Source: Octopus vulgaris (taxonomy: Eukaryota). Taken from it: 64,000 nucleotides of DNA. The notes under the pieces are model-generated. The model had not been told where the DNA came from, searched no databases, and saw only the letters and a list, made by a program, of their open reading frames with translations. The DNA lies in assembly GCA_951406725.2 (NCBI GenBank), contig OX597815.1, forward strand, positions 121,768,001 through 121,832,000, in the 5' to 3' direction. This document shows positions 51,601 to 64,000 of the stretch, in pieces (positions within the stretch are counted from its first letter, which is position 1; every line of letters begins with the position of its first letter). The position numbers and the translations under genes are program-made.

Positions 51601-53283
51601 TAAATAAATTGGGTTCAAAGTTTCCTTTTTAATATCAGTCAGTCAATTAAAACTGAAATTTTGGAAAAGATGTTTTAATTGTCTTTCTAATTTAAAAAAT
51701 CAATTATCCTTGGCAAGAAATATATGTTCTTGGCACATAACATTACATCCAATTGTTGAGATCTCTATTCTAAAATCTAATCAATTGTTTAAATATGTAC
51801 CAAACTATTTATCTGCAGAAAACTACCCCTGTTTTAACAATTTTATCTAATCTCTATTTGCAAGTATAATATAATGTGTGTTGTTGTTTAAGTGAAAAGA
51901 TATTTTTCAGCTCCTCCCTGGTCACTCCCACACTCTCTTCTAAAATGTGAGTAGTAATGAAGCTCCTCCACCAGAAGAAACTTTCCTGCTCCAGCCCTTT
52001 TCTCTCAAACTTCAACCCTTTCTCATTCTTATTCTCCAAGCATAAAGCTGCCCTCCTCCCTACACAGAGGGTTCAGAATCTAGCAAGCTGTATAACAACT
52101 TCAACAATGTTGGTAGCATGAAAAAAGCCTCCAGTACATACTGTAAAGTGGTTGGCACTAGGAAGGGCAATTAACCTTAGAAACCATGCCAAAACACAAT
52201 GCAGTCTTTGGGCGCATTGGAGCCTATCAAACTGTTCAACCCATGGAACATGGATACTAAATGATGACATGGCTTCAATAATTAGGGATATACATAACTT
52301 ACTCACTCATTTAGGCCCTTGGCTCTCCCTGGGACATAGGCCATTGATAATTCCCCTCTCCTCACCTCTTTCTTTCTCCCCAATTGCACCCCAATTCCAT
52401 TTTAATATTCTTCATTTTCTAGGTCATGTCACCAGACATTCTTTGACTTGCCTTGGCTTTTATCTTCATAGGTTCCCCCAGAGGGATTGCCAGATAAAAT
52501 GGTTCTGAAACCTTTTGAGAGTGTGTCCAATCCAGCACCACATTCTTTGCTTGATTACACGAGCACACATTCATTGATGCATTACACTTCAAACTAAAAA
52601 TATGAATTCAATCATCATTGCTTTACTTAAAAGAGCCTTACTCAACTTTAACAACACTTACTCTGCATAAGCTCTGTTATTTTACTTTTTATTTCTATTG
52701 TAGAAAAGGGTTTAGTGAGAATTTCTAATATTACTGCTCAAATGAATACAGGGGAAAAAAATAATTCCCAGTCCACACATTTCCAAAATATTTCTAATAA
52801 CTCATCTGCACCATGAAACCTGGAGTAGATGTGATTAAAACTAATATTGATGTCTCATGTGGGATGAAGATGTGTGATATGTGTTTTCAAATGCAACTGC
52901 TGTAATTTGATATTAAATTGTGGAGCTGATTCATCTAAAGTTTAATTTCACTCCACAACATTACAAGCCCAATGTTGTCAGAAAGTCTTTATATCACTTC
53001 TGTAATGCTGAAACACAACACTTACCATGAGCAAGCTGGCCATAAAAGACTCGTTGAAAATGTGATTGTTTTGCATCCAAGTCACAACTATGCCAGTAAA
53101 GTTGGCATCTCATTAGTAATGCCTGCATACCACTGATTGACATGGGGCTACTGTAGCAGACATTTGCCCAAGATGCTGCATAGTGAGATTGAATATGAAA
53201 CCATTTAGTTGCTAACAGAACTTCTTAACTAGTTATACCAGTGTGTAAAGATCATTATTCAGAATCTCTAAAACAAGGGATAA

Positions 53284-53493
53284 CCCATTAGTAGTCAGTT
53301 TACTCTGTCAAATGTGATGCTTATTTATTTACATTGTTTTGAAGTAATGATAATTAATCTCATAGCTTCAAGATTTTGATGATGTGATTGTTTAAGTTTT
53401 AGAATGACATTGTAAGATAAGTGTGAGAGACTGGATCTGGCTGGTTTCAACACAAAACAAGTAGAATATTTGGCCAGTTTAAATACTAAAGAG
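53284..53493. mobile_element. piggyBac-type MITE, family 1 (opposite orientation)
   Basis: Reverse complement of 8404-8641 internal sequence; ends gagttaa. Confidence 0.72.
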
Positions 53494-53572
53494 TTAAGCT
53501 ACATTTCATCAAGTGTTACATAAATATCACAGAAGCAATGCAACACCAAGACAGTCTCATGCAATAAATTAC

Positions 53573-53722
53573 CTGCTTCAACTTCTTTCCGTCCTCGGTA
53601 CCATTTCACCTTCTCTCCTGTGTGCTTTACACTAAACATAGCAGCTTCACCACTTTTCACTGACAGTTCACTCGGGAGCAGTTCAAGTATTTGAGGAGAA
53701 TCATGGCTTTTAGTATGACCTT
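53573..53722 (-). CDS. MYLK: MLCK exon, N-terminal half of next Ig domain
   Basis: ttacag acceptor, G|gtaatt donor, 150 nt, phase 1-1. PQILELLPSELSVKSGEAAMFSVKHTGEKVKWYRG. Confidence 0.85.
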
Positions 53723-55708
53723 CTGTAAGTATAACAAATATTATAGATAGGGACATGCTTCAATATTAGATATATTTACAATAACACAAACCTGCAGAAT
53801 AATATCAACATCCATCTCTTGAATAAAATTAAAAATTCCTTAAAATAAAAAGCATCATTGATAATTTTATATTTAATTCTACTAAATGTGTCAAATTTCA
53901 CTGTATCAATAGAAAAAAATATTAAACTTATACTATATTTAAATATGTTAATATGTTAGAACTATCTTCCCATTGCCATTATGAGTGAAAAGTATTTCAC
54001 AATAGTCAAATTTGTGCCACTCTGAAAAAAAAAAATTAATCATTACATGTTAGAAGTATAATATGAGCATGTAGGTGTTTTACAAGGAAGGAGACCAACT
54101 AAAACATAGCTAAAGTATTTGTAATCTGTACAAAGTGTCAAGATGAATGGCTTCGAAGCAGATAAGTTTGCACTATAAATTTACAATATTTTAACCTGAA
54201 TGGTATACATCATTGCTATATCATTCTGTAATTTCTCACACACAATATTTGCTGAATGCTTGATGTTATCAATGAGGGATTTTCCAACACCATCTTCCAG
54301 CAAACACAAACATAGAGCCAGATGTTAAGATAATAACAATGGAGTTGATAGACATGCTCTGTCTAAACTGAAGTGAGGGACAATGGACAGTAAACACTAA
54401 CATGTTTACCACGTGTGTGTGTGTGTGTGTGTGCGCGCACACAGACAGACAGAAAGACTTTCTTACAAAAGTAAAAATTAAATTTAGCATCAAATTTACA
54501 AAATTTTTAGCCTGGAATTTGTGGTTTACACCAATTGTGGCATAAACCCCATGTGTAGCAACCTGTAGCTAAACATACCCTACACTGCACTTAAAATCAC
54601 ATCTTTGGTGAACTTTATTCCTATTTAGAGTATCCCTAACTACCAGAAATTGTGAATTTATACATGTATGTTTGTGCACATGTATAAAAGCATGTGCATG
54701 GTGTGTATGTGGGCATGTGCATGTGCACACACACACACATAGTATTTTGGGCAAGTGCATTTTGTTTTAGTTTTTACTGTAACTTATATTTTCAGATATG
54801 CCTATTTTTACTGATTGGCAATGATTAATACCCAGATTTGAAGCTTAGATTCCAGTTATTACTGGACCGAGAACGAGTACGAAGTTTCCATACTGAACCT
54901 GTAAAACCATGAATTTTACAAACTATAGAAATCACACAAACAAGTGTGAGCATCTAGGAAGCTTGACTGGAACCAGCTCTGCAGCTTGCCAATGAAAAGG
55001 AACACCAATTGTAGCTTTAACATAAGAGAGGAAGCGGTTATAAAGAATTGGTATGTTAGTGTCGTTTACCTTTTGCTTCATGACTATTCTCCAATTAGAA
55101 AGTCTCTTAGGATATTAAATTATTGAATACACTACCAGCCACCATTACTTTGAAATTTTTTTGGTTTTTCAATCCCAGAGACTAAAATTTCATCATTTTG
55201 TGTTTTTGAGCTTTTTTCCACCCAGCTCCCCTTTGGATTACTATGTTTGTAGAATATTCCCAGAAACTATGATTTTCTGTCTCATCTTTTTCTCCATGCA
55301 AATTTACTAAAGCAAACTTTAAGATACATTATTCACTTAGTCAATTGTAAATGAAGTATTTACAAGTAGAAAAATATATAAATTTAGACTTAGATTTGTC
55401 GTGAGCACTAGGATGCATGAGGCTGGAGATTAACCTAATTTCCAGGGTTCACTGAGTGACTGAGATTACAACACACCCTACTGAACTGGGAGCTAGTCCA
55501 TTACAGAGTTAACTTCCCAGTTATTGCCAGATCTCATTTACAGATGAATGGACTGGAGCAACAGGAAAAAGTATTTTGATCAAGAACGCAAATTCCTGGC
55601 CTGGGAATTGAAACCATAATCTTACGATCGTGGATTCAACACCCTAACTACTAGACCATGCAAGAATTATTTAGTCCCTAAAACACGTTCATAATATTTT
55701 TCTGCAAA

Positions 55709-55727
55709 TGTGTGTGTGTATGTATGC

Positions 55728-55764
<37 letters not shown>

Positions 55765-55980
55765 CACATACATGCATAAAAACACACACACACACACACA
55801 CATATATGTTGTTCATACACCTGTCTGTCTTGTTTTTCTGTAAATTTCAACTATGTATGTATGTGTGTGTGTATGTGTATATAAACACATGTATGTGTAC
55901 ATGTGTGAGTATATATGTATAAATAAATGCGTGTGTATACGAATATATGTGTGTGTGTATACGTGCAATATATATATATT
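55709..55980. repeat. Degenerate TG/TA/CA microsatellite field
   Basis: Seen directly. Confidence 0.9.
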
Positions 55981-55981
55981 A

Positions 55982-56497
55982 CTATAAGAAAATGGAGAAA
56001 AAATATTGTGAATACTTATTTTGTTTGCATCACAATAAGAACATAGCAAGTAATTAAATACAAATAAAATTTAAATGAACATACATTAACATAAAATAAG
56101 CATAAGAATTGTCTACACATGTTTCAATCTGGACACTATGTAGACAGTGCTTCAGATCCACAGGGTTCTAACCATGTTAAGAGTTTTAGATGTAAAAAAT
56201 AACAACAAAATGACCAGATATTTTCAAGGCAGTCTCGTGCAAAAGTTAATGCTTACATATTTTTCACAGGAATTAAGTTGGTGGTAAAAAAACTGACTAG
56301 ATAAGATGAATGAGGGCCACATATTCATATGTTAAGTATCTGTACATAATGTAAATAGTTTGCTAGAAAAGTAAGAGGGGTGCCAAAGGAGTAATGGGGG
56401 AACTATTAACTAATCAAAACTTTCTAAAAAGCTATTAGGGAGTTGAAAAATAGACAGTTATGTGTTTTGCAGTACATTTTTTCTCCATTTCTTATAG
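55982..56497. mobile_element. TA-flanked non-autonomous TIR element
   Basis: ctataagaaaatggagaaaaaat vs reverse complement ctataagaaatggagaaaaaat. Confidence 0.7.
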
Positions 56498-56615
56498 TAA
56501 AAAATGTATATTAGACTGTTTATCCCTATATATTGAAAGAATTCTCCCAATATATCAGTTGATCTCTGGATTTTATAATCCCTAAGAAGGACACTACATC
56601 CTCAAACTGACTATG

Positions 56616-56665
<50 letters not shown>

Positions 56666-57409
56666 CAGTAAAAATCCATGTAATTTGCACACCTGTATAA
56701 TTTACGCAGGTGATTTCAGGATTAAAATTTTAAAAAGCTTCTACTCATGTAAAATTCGCACCTAAAAGTTTTCAGAATTACTGATACGGCCAGAGGGAAA
56801 AGGTTTCAATTTAGTTGTATTTAGCATAATTTCACTTACGATTAGATTTTATTAAATTTTCATTAAATAAAAGTAATTCATGTTTAACAGTTATCACATT
56901 AAAAGTTAACAAATTACGAAGTGTTTGTGTTGTTTATAATAAACTTTATTTTACTTTTCTTGCCCACAAGAGATTATCTCCGATTTTTAGCATACTGCTG
57001 TATGTCTTCTCAAATCACAGGAAAAGTTGTTAAAGAATTATCAACAAAAACAAAGCTGATAAAGAAGCACAAGTATTGCAAAATTAAGTTTAATTACCAA
57101 TAAACATTAGCATGGATGACACTTTATTCAACCAAGTAAAATATATAAAATATGGCCTGGACCATGATTACCAGCATGAACGTCAGACTTCAAAAAGTAG
57201 TTAACCATTTAAAGGTTTTAGTAAATTTATACCTGTACAAACTTATTCTGACATTAAATGAGTCAACTTCTGGTATGAATGCTTACGTTTTCTATGTCTT
57301 TTTTCAACAAAAAAATTTCTGAAACGATCTACTCATGTAATTTATGCACTCCTAAAGTTTATTTTTATTTTTGTGAGAAAAAATGCATAAATTATATGGG
57401 TTTTTACAG
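56666..57409. mobile_element. Tc1/pogo-type non-autonomous element between microsatellites
   Basis: cagtaaaaatccatgtaattt vs reverse complement ctgtaaaaacccatataattt; subterminal taattt-gcac repeats. Confidence 0.7.
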
Positions 57410-57410
57410 T

Positions 57411-57439
57411 ATGTGTGTGTGTGTGTGTATGTATGTATG

Positions 57440-57512
<73 letters not shown>
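57411..57512. repeat. Compound (TG)(CA)(TA)(GA) microsatellite
   Basis: Seen directly; source of the CVCV/YIYI/ERER ORFs. Confidence 0.95.
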
Positions 57513-57513
<1 letters not shown>

Positions 57514-60400
57514 AGTATCATATTTTCAAGTCTTAATCTTGTTCATGCTGTTAATGAATATGAGAGGAGTATGTTTGAAAAACTTTTTTTTTATTCATTC
57601 ATTTATTTATAAATTTTGTTGTTTTAATATTAGATGATGATGATGAATGCAATGTTATTCAGTCATTAACTGTTTTTGATTGTAATCTGGTAAAAATCTA
57701 TGTAAATCTATGAATTCTTTCTCTTTCTGAATTCCTCTCCAGCCTTAATGTTGAGTCTATTTACATAAAGAAAGTCTGTCAAGTCTGTTTACACAAAGAG
57801 CAGAAGAGTAAGTCAGAACTACTCAATGTTTAATACAATCAATGACAGATATTGAGAGATTCTGAAAGAAGCAAATGACTTTATTGAAAAGCTTCTTCAG
57901 TAAAGTATCATCAAAACTAATGTGGAACAAGAAGCAATGGATACCAACGGTAATAGTATTGAACACTTAAAGACAAAAGTAGTCAAACATTTGAAAGAAA
58001 GAATTGCTTAACTCAATATTGAATTTACAGTAAACATGAGATAAACAAACAAATAAATGACATTATTGTGGGAATACGATTTCTTAAGCAAAGAGAAAAG
58101 AATTATGAAACTTGATGAAAATAATACATTAGTTGATAAATTAAGAAATCTAATTAATCCATTGAGAATCTTGTTCCTATTAGCAGAATGTGAAAAAAAT
58201 ATCAAGATAATGATCATACTAATTATGTTGACATCTTCATAACTAAATCAAGTCAATATGTAATAATAACAGGAAGCTTTCAGCTGAAAATAAAAACATA
58301 AAACTGAACAATTTTAGATACAATATTAATGTACATGAGAGAGAGAGAAAGAGAGAACTACCATCAAATTAATATATTATTAATATCAGGATGAGACAAA
58401 TGTTAGCAGAAGTCAGGAACTTTTAGTAAAGACAGAAAAGAGGCATATGACTCATTGGTAAATTGGTATTATTAAACATTAATTTAAAATAATATGTCAT
58501 TATACACACACATATATATATATATGTATATATACGAGCAAACTTTAGGTTAGTTAAAATGTTCCAAAGGCAAATTCACTTATGGTGTGTGTGTAAACAC
58601 AAAATCATTTCTAATAAATTTATATCTGTTTCTATAAAACAAATTAAAATTAATATTTACTGATGATAGGTACCCAAATTACAAACATTTTTATATCTTC
58701 AATTTAATACTCAACTAAAAATCTGTGACAACGATATTTTATTTTTCTCCAGATCATCACAGATAAAAAAAAAAAAAACTACAGCTGCTCAATAACATTT
58801 ACTTAGAACCTAATAAATGAGCATTTAGGAATTTACAGTTTAGTTCTACCTTTATATTTGTACATGTAAGACTCATGGGTGAGACTTTGGAGTAAACCCA
58901 GTATGCCAGTGTTCATGCTACCTCAGAATGAAGCATATTGGTAAAAATGTCTTTGAAAGTGACAGGTTACATGGTATAATTCCTATCTATATAGTAAAGT
59001 CAGTGTTAACAAAAAAAGAAATAAAAAATATATTTAATAAATAAGACTGAAATAAATATAGCAGTGAAGTAGCACAAGCTGTGATAGAAAACTAGAGAAA
59101 ATTAAGTAAAAATGGTCTGGTATTCTAAGTAATTTCTAAAACACAATATGCATGTGTGTGTGTGTAATCATCACACACACACATATAATCATCATCATTT
59201 AATGTCTGTTTTCCATGCTGGAATGGGTTGACAGTTTGACTGAAAACTGATGAGCTTGGGAGCAGGTTCCAATCTGATTTGGCATAGTTTCTATGGCCTT
59301 CCTAATGCTGACTCAAGAGTGTAGTGGGTGTCTATGACATGCCACTGGCACAGGTGTCAGTTACATGACTGTGATCTCACTTGGCTTCACAGAGATGTGT
59401 GTATGTATGTGTGTGTGTGTGTGTGAGCACGCGCGCGCAATAGATATAGACATGTGTGCGTGTGTGTGTACACACACATACATGCATACATTGAAAGTTA
59501 GTTAAATACTTGAATGTAATGATATTGTGGCTTCAGGACATGGTAGATGTGTGGTTCAATTCATGTAGGATTTATTTTTCATATACATGTATAGTAAGCT
59601 GTTACTCTTAGTTGTTTTTGCATCGGAGCAACTTTATAAAAGTCTATTTTCATATTTCTCAATGCCCTTAAATTATGAGCTAAATGTAAACTTAGAAATA
59701 TAAAATAATATATTTTTCAAGATTTATATTTTGATTAAAGGATATAAAGTTTTCTAATATATATTTCCAATACATGAAACTAATTTCTACTAAAGTACTA
59801 TTTGGTTTACTGTATTAAATTATAAAGATGTACTACCTGCAATTCAATGAGTAGCTTTGAAAAGTAAAGAAGGTAGAACAGCTGTCATTAGTTTTGTGAG
59901 TAAAATCTACATGATTAAAACAACTTCAGTTTTTAAACCAAAATGCAAGCTGATAATATATAAGTTGCAGCCAAAATGTATGTTGAAAATAAAATTAATC
60001 CAGTTCTGGTTATAGTTACATGCTAAAATGAGAATATGCACTTTTTTATTATATTGAAGTTAAAATCAATTTAATTTGGTTAATTTTTATTTCATGATTG
60101 AATTTTCAAAACAAAAATAATTACTGAGTTGTAATTAATTCAAAGGTATTTTAAAATGTTCAACTAGATTATGCATCTAAATTATTTTTCCCTGCTTCAA
60201 TAATAAACATTGTGATTCAAAGAATAAAATAGAAAGAGCATACTTATAACAATGAAAAATGATATAAAAGCATTAGTAAACAAGCAGTTTCCATTAATTA
60301 TTAGTAAAATTAATATAAATAGCTTTATCTAATTTTCTTGAATAAGTTGAATACCACCACCAGAAATAGCACTAGTAGCATATTTCTTGTAACTTCCTAC

Positions 60401-60619
60401 CTTTAATGGTCAATCGGCAAAAGGTATCTGTGTCACCATACGTATTATATGCCTCACATACATATTCACCAGCATCTTCAGGTAGAAACTCTTCTATTAA
60501 GAGTTTATGTATAAAGCTAGTACCATCACTATGGGGATAGCTGATCTGCTTGTAGATCTTTCCATCTGGTACAATTTCTGCATTGTTGTGCACCCAGAAT
60601 ATATCAATGGGGTGTGTAC
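60401..60619 (-). CDS. MYLK: Myosin light chain kinase exon, C-terminal part of an I-set Ig domain
   Basis: cttccag acceptor, G|gtagga donor, 219 nt, phase 1-1. GTHPIDIFWVHNN...LLIEEFLPEDAGEYVCEAYNTYG carries the DxGxYxC motif. Confidence 0.9.
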
Positions 60620-61865
60620 CTGGAAGTAGTATATTGTGGGGTGGATGCAGTTAAGCCTATTTAAATGAACATGTCACCCTGTGTATCAAAATGTCATGAT
60701 TGAAAGAATAGCTTGCATTGTAGAATACAATGTATAAATAACTTTCAACAACTTCTCTGCACTTCACTTTATAAAACTAGACATTTCTAGTTCATCAAAG
60801 AGCTCACAGAGAATGTAAGTTAGTTTATTTTCACAGAAATATTGAGTTTGGGCAATCCTGAATGATATTTGTGAAAGAAATTCAAGAGAGAAAGAAAAAG
60901 AAGTTAAAAGAAACTGATCTGAAGGGATCACAATACCTCAGCAGGTTGATATTTTTCAGTACTGATACCCTTAAACTATGTAAAACCATATTGGATCATG
61001 CCAATCATGAAACCATATCAGATTATAATAATCATGGAAGCAGAAGTAAATATTAACAGTCAATGCATCCTAAACTGTGATGGCATTGCCCAAACATAGC
61101 CAGAGCTTAATAAAATCTACAAAATGAAAGGTCAATAAAAATACATGTCAATGTTATCATTCAAAATAATATGGACATTTCAAATATCGATGCAATTATA
61201 TAAAAATGTGAAATATATAAAAACATTAAAAAAAAAAACAAATAAAAGTAGTAAAATAAAATGCGTTTTAGAAATATGATTTCTAATAATCTCTCTCTGT
61301 TTGGAAATCTGATGCACATGTGGTTATTTTAACAAATGCTATGTATCATCTGGCACCACTCCAGCAAGCAAGAATGCCCCATATGTTTAACAGGTGTTAT
61401 ACTGCAAAATAGCTGTAATTTTATTCAGCAGTAACACCTGACAGAATAGAATTTACTTCAGCTACAAGAGTGGTGTTATACAGATACTATCTATGAAAAG
61501 TCCAACCATGAAATTTAAAATGGAGGAAGGGAAGAAAACTTAAGAAAACCTGATAACTTATAATTTCATCAACAAAATATTTGTATATACTGATTAAGTT
61601 GCTAATAAAAATAACTTGTCAATATGTCCAGTCTATTTTAAAGTGAATTTGTAGAGCTAGCATTATTGACTCACTTGGAAAGTTATTCCAAGCAATGATC
61701 AATTTTATATGAACATGTCTTTTCTTACATATAGCACCAAGGAAAGTTAGATGTCAGGGTAGAACGAATAGCTTTTTTGGTTATTTTTAACCCTTAGTTG
61801 GAAGAAGAAAGTTAGCACCTACAACCTTTCTCTGGTAAATGGTATTAAACCAGGCAAAGGTTTAA

Positions 61866-62083
61866 CCTTTTTAATACCAAGCCACCTTGAGACCAACCCA
61901 GGTTCTAATGATTTAAATTTCCTGTTTTAAAGTGATTTAAATTAAAACCTTCCATCAAAATTTCATGTAAATTTATACTCCAAATGTCAGCTAGATAACA
62001 ACAAAGTTATTTTACAAAATTCTTTACTTTTTGAAATTGAATCAAAAGCAGTGGATTTCAACATAGATATGTTTATAAAGGGG
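61866..62083. mobile_element. piggyBac-type MITE, family 2
   Basis: Colinear with 50583-50803 (ctgttttaaagtgatttaaattaaaac). Confidence 0.78.
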
Positions 62084-63104
62084 TAAGTTAAGCATGCAAG
62101 AACAGAAACAACCTTTCCAACAAATAGACATTTCCATCAAGCATATCTTACAAAGCTTTGGTCAACCCAAAGTTACGTTTGAAGACATGTCTCATATAAA
62201 GGTGCCATGCAGGTATAGTTACATATAATCAACAGCAACTTCAAATTTTCAATGTGGCAATTGTCTTTGGATGGCAAGTGTAGTCAGATTAGTACTAATA
62301 TTCTTGCTCAGATTCAAACTCACACTGATAGAAATCATTTTCTATATTTGAATTATATCTCAGCATCAGCAAACATCGTTCACATAGTTTGATTACTTGA
62401 AATTTGATAAAATACTTTAGTAACAAACCTAGTTTGGTAACTTTCTGGTTTTAAATAATTTCATTTAAATATAATTCATTTCATATTCATTTTACAGATT
62501 TATCAAATAAGCCATCAAATCATTATTAGTGCAATATCCATAAATTTAATTTATTTCTGATTCACTCAATACAATATACACAATAATCCACAAAACTTTT
62601 AAAACTGAAATAGTCATCAAAATAAAGAGACAAGAAGTTTTGGCATGCTTCAAATACTTATTCACTCCAAAGACTTAAAGCAGAATATAAATTATTTCAC
62701 AGAATAACTATAAATGCAAATTTAGAACAAAGGACACATTTTCAGATAATTACTGAAAATGAGATTTCTGATTAATGTATAATAATAGTAAACTAAATGT
62801 TGACTTCAATTATAAAAGAATTTAATCAAGCTTAAAACTTTAGAAAATTTCCTATTTAACCTACTATGATTGATCCTTATGGTAACTAAGCATGAAACAT
62901 TAACTTACAAAGTAGTCACTGTTGATTTGAAGAGAAAGATTACTCTTAAAAATTTCAAATTAATTATAGTTTCACCTACATCGAAAACAGTGGCAAGTTT
63001 GCTTATTGCTAAAATATCAAGTTATATCATAAAAGACAAAGGGGTCTTAGAACTTGGTTTAATTTATTCTCACTAATACTAACATGAATTGTAATTACAC
63101 TCAC

Positions 63105-63144
63105 CAAGGCTTAGAGTAGCATTTGAAATATAGAATTCAGCCAT
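63105..63144 (-). CDS. Candidate alternative first coding exon of MLCK (MAEFYISNATLSL)
   Basis: caaATGG start context, consensus G|gtgagt donor, phase 1 compatible with downstream exons. Confidence 0.35.
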
Positions 63145-63349
63145 TTGGTTAATATGTTGATGGTTTTGTTTTCCTTTTTTATACACAAAATCTAAGACTT
63201 AAGTAACCTGACAATAGCTTATTTTGCCTATAAACAAATGCTGTATATAAACAGAACCAGAATAAATAACAAAATTCATGAGTTCAATATCAACTGAAAA
63301 TAAGAGGATTATATCAAAAGTGGCAAACATTTTTTTTTTTCAATTAACA

Positions 63350-63650
63350 TAGGTGGTACCTTGGGCAAGTATCTTGCACTACTGCCTTGGGCCAATCAAA
63401 GCCTTGTGAGTGGATTTTGTAGACAGAAACTGAAAGAAACCCATCGTGTGTGTGTGTGTGTGTGTGTGTGTATGTATTTGTGTGTGTGCTTATCCCCCCA
63501 CCATTGCTTACAACCGATGTTGGTGTGTTTATATCCCTATAACTTAGCAGTTCGGCAAAAGAGACCGATAGAATAAGTACTAGGCTTACTTCAACTAAAA
63601 ACAGTGCTCCAGCATGGCCCAATCAAATGACTGAAACAAATAAAAGAATA
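63350..63650 (+). mobile_element. 5'-truncated OR-type SINE
   Basis: accttgggcaagt...gaaactgaaagaaaccc...(TG)n...aatgactgaaacaaataaaagaata. Confidence 0.82.
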
Positions 63651-63659
63651 ATAGAGTAT

Positions 63660-64000
63660 AGGTCATTCAAATTGCACATGTTAGCGGAATAACTCAACAG
63701 TCCCCGTCACAGGCAATGCATTTGTGCCACTGTTGAATCTCATGTTCAAAACCTCTTTGAAAAACTCAGGTGAGTACTGTTGTACCCACTTTCACTTTAT
63801 TTTTGTCATCACATCATTGTCACTTAGATCTGTTCTTCAATCGACCAAACAGATGGAAGTTGGAAGGCATCATATCAGAGCTGTAAGGTGAACCTCTGAC
63901 CATCCCAATCTGGCAATTGCCTGATTTGTTGCTAAGGATATGTGGTTGCACATTGTCATGGTGACTGTGGATTATTTTAAGATTCTTCTTTAGCCTTTTC
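63660..64000 (-). mobile_element. 3' part of decayed mariner (runs off window)
   Basis: Minus-strand HDNVQPH and HPYSSDMMPSNFHLFGRLKN. Confidence 0.7.

Noticed and set aside
54197-54295. Extra MLCK exon (DGVGKSLIDNIK...)
   Set aside because: Weak acceptor, and donor phase is incompatible with the next exon.
55710-57637. CVCV, YIYI, HTHT and ERER ORFs
   Set aside because: Microsatellite translations.

Overview
Eukaryotic, AT-rich, repeat-dense genomic DNA. The SINE, RTE and MITE complement suggests an octopus (coleoid cephalopod); that assignment is an inference. The window holds two convergent multi-exon genes. (1) On +, the 3' part of an ANKIB1-type RBR E3 ligase: 7 phase-compatible exons from 2775 to the stop at 12424, encoding the Ariadne domain, a UIM, a Cys4 zinc-finger-like cassette, a second UIM and an acidic tail. 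(2) On -, the 3' part of a myosin light chain kinase: 9 phase-compatible exons from 60619 to the stop at 22383, encoding Ig, Ig, kinase and the calmodulin-binding helix. The calmodulin-binding helix is split after RRKWQ by a 15.7 kb intron that holds several candidate alternative exons, and several conserved MLCK residues differ from family consensus only by A-to-G changes, a possible sign of restorative A-to-I editing. The rest is tRNA-derived SINEs (including two head-to-tail arrays), mariner relics, piggyBac-type and other MITEs, LINE fragments and microsatellites. Most short ORFs in the track are spurious. Exon boundaries were read by eye from AG/GT signals and frame; repeat boundaries are approximate.
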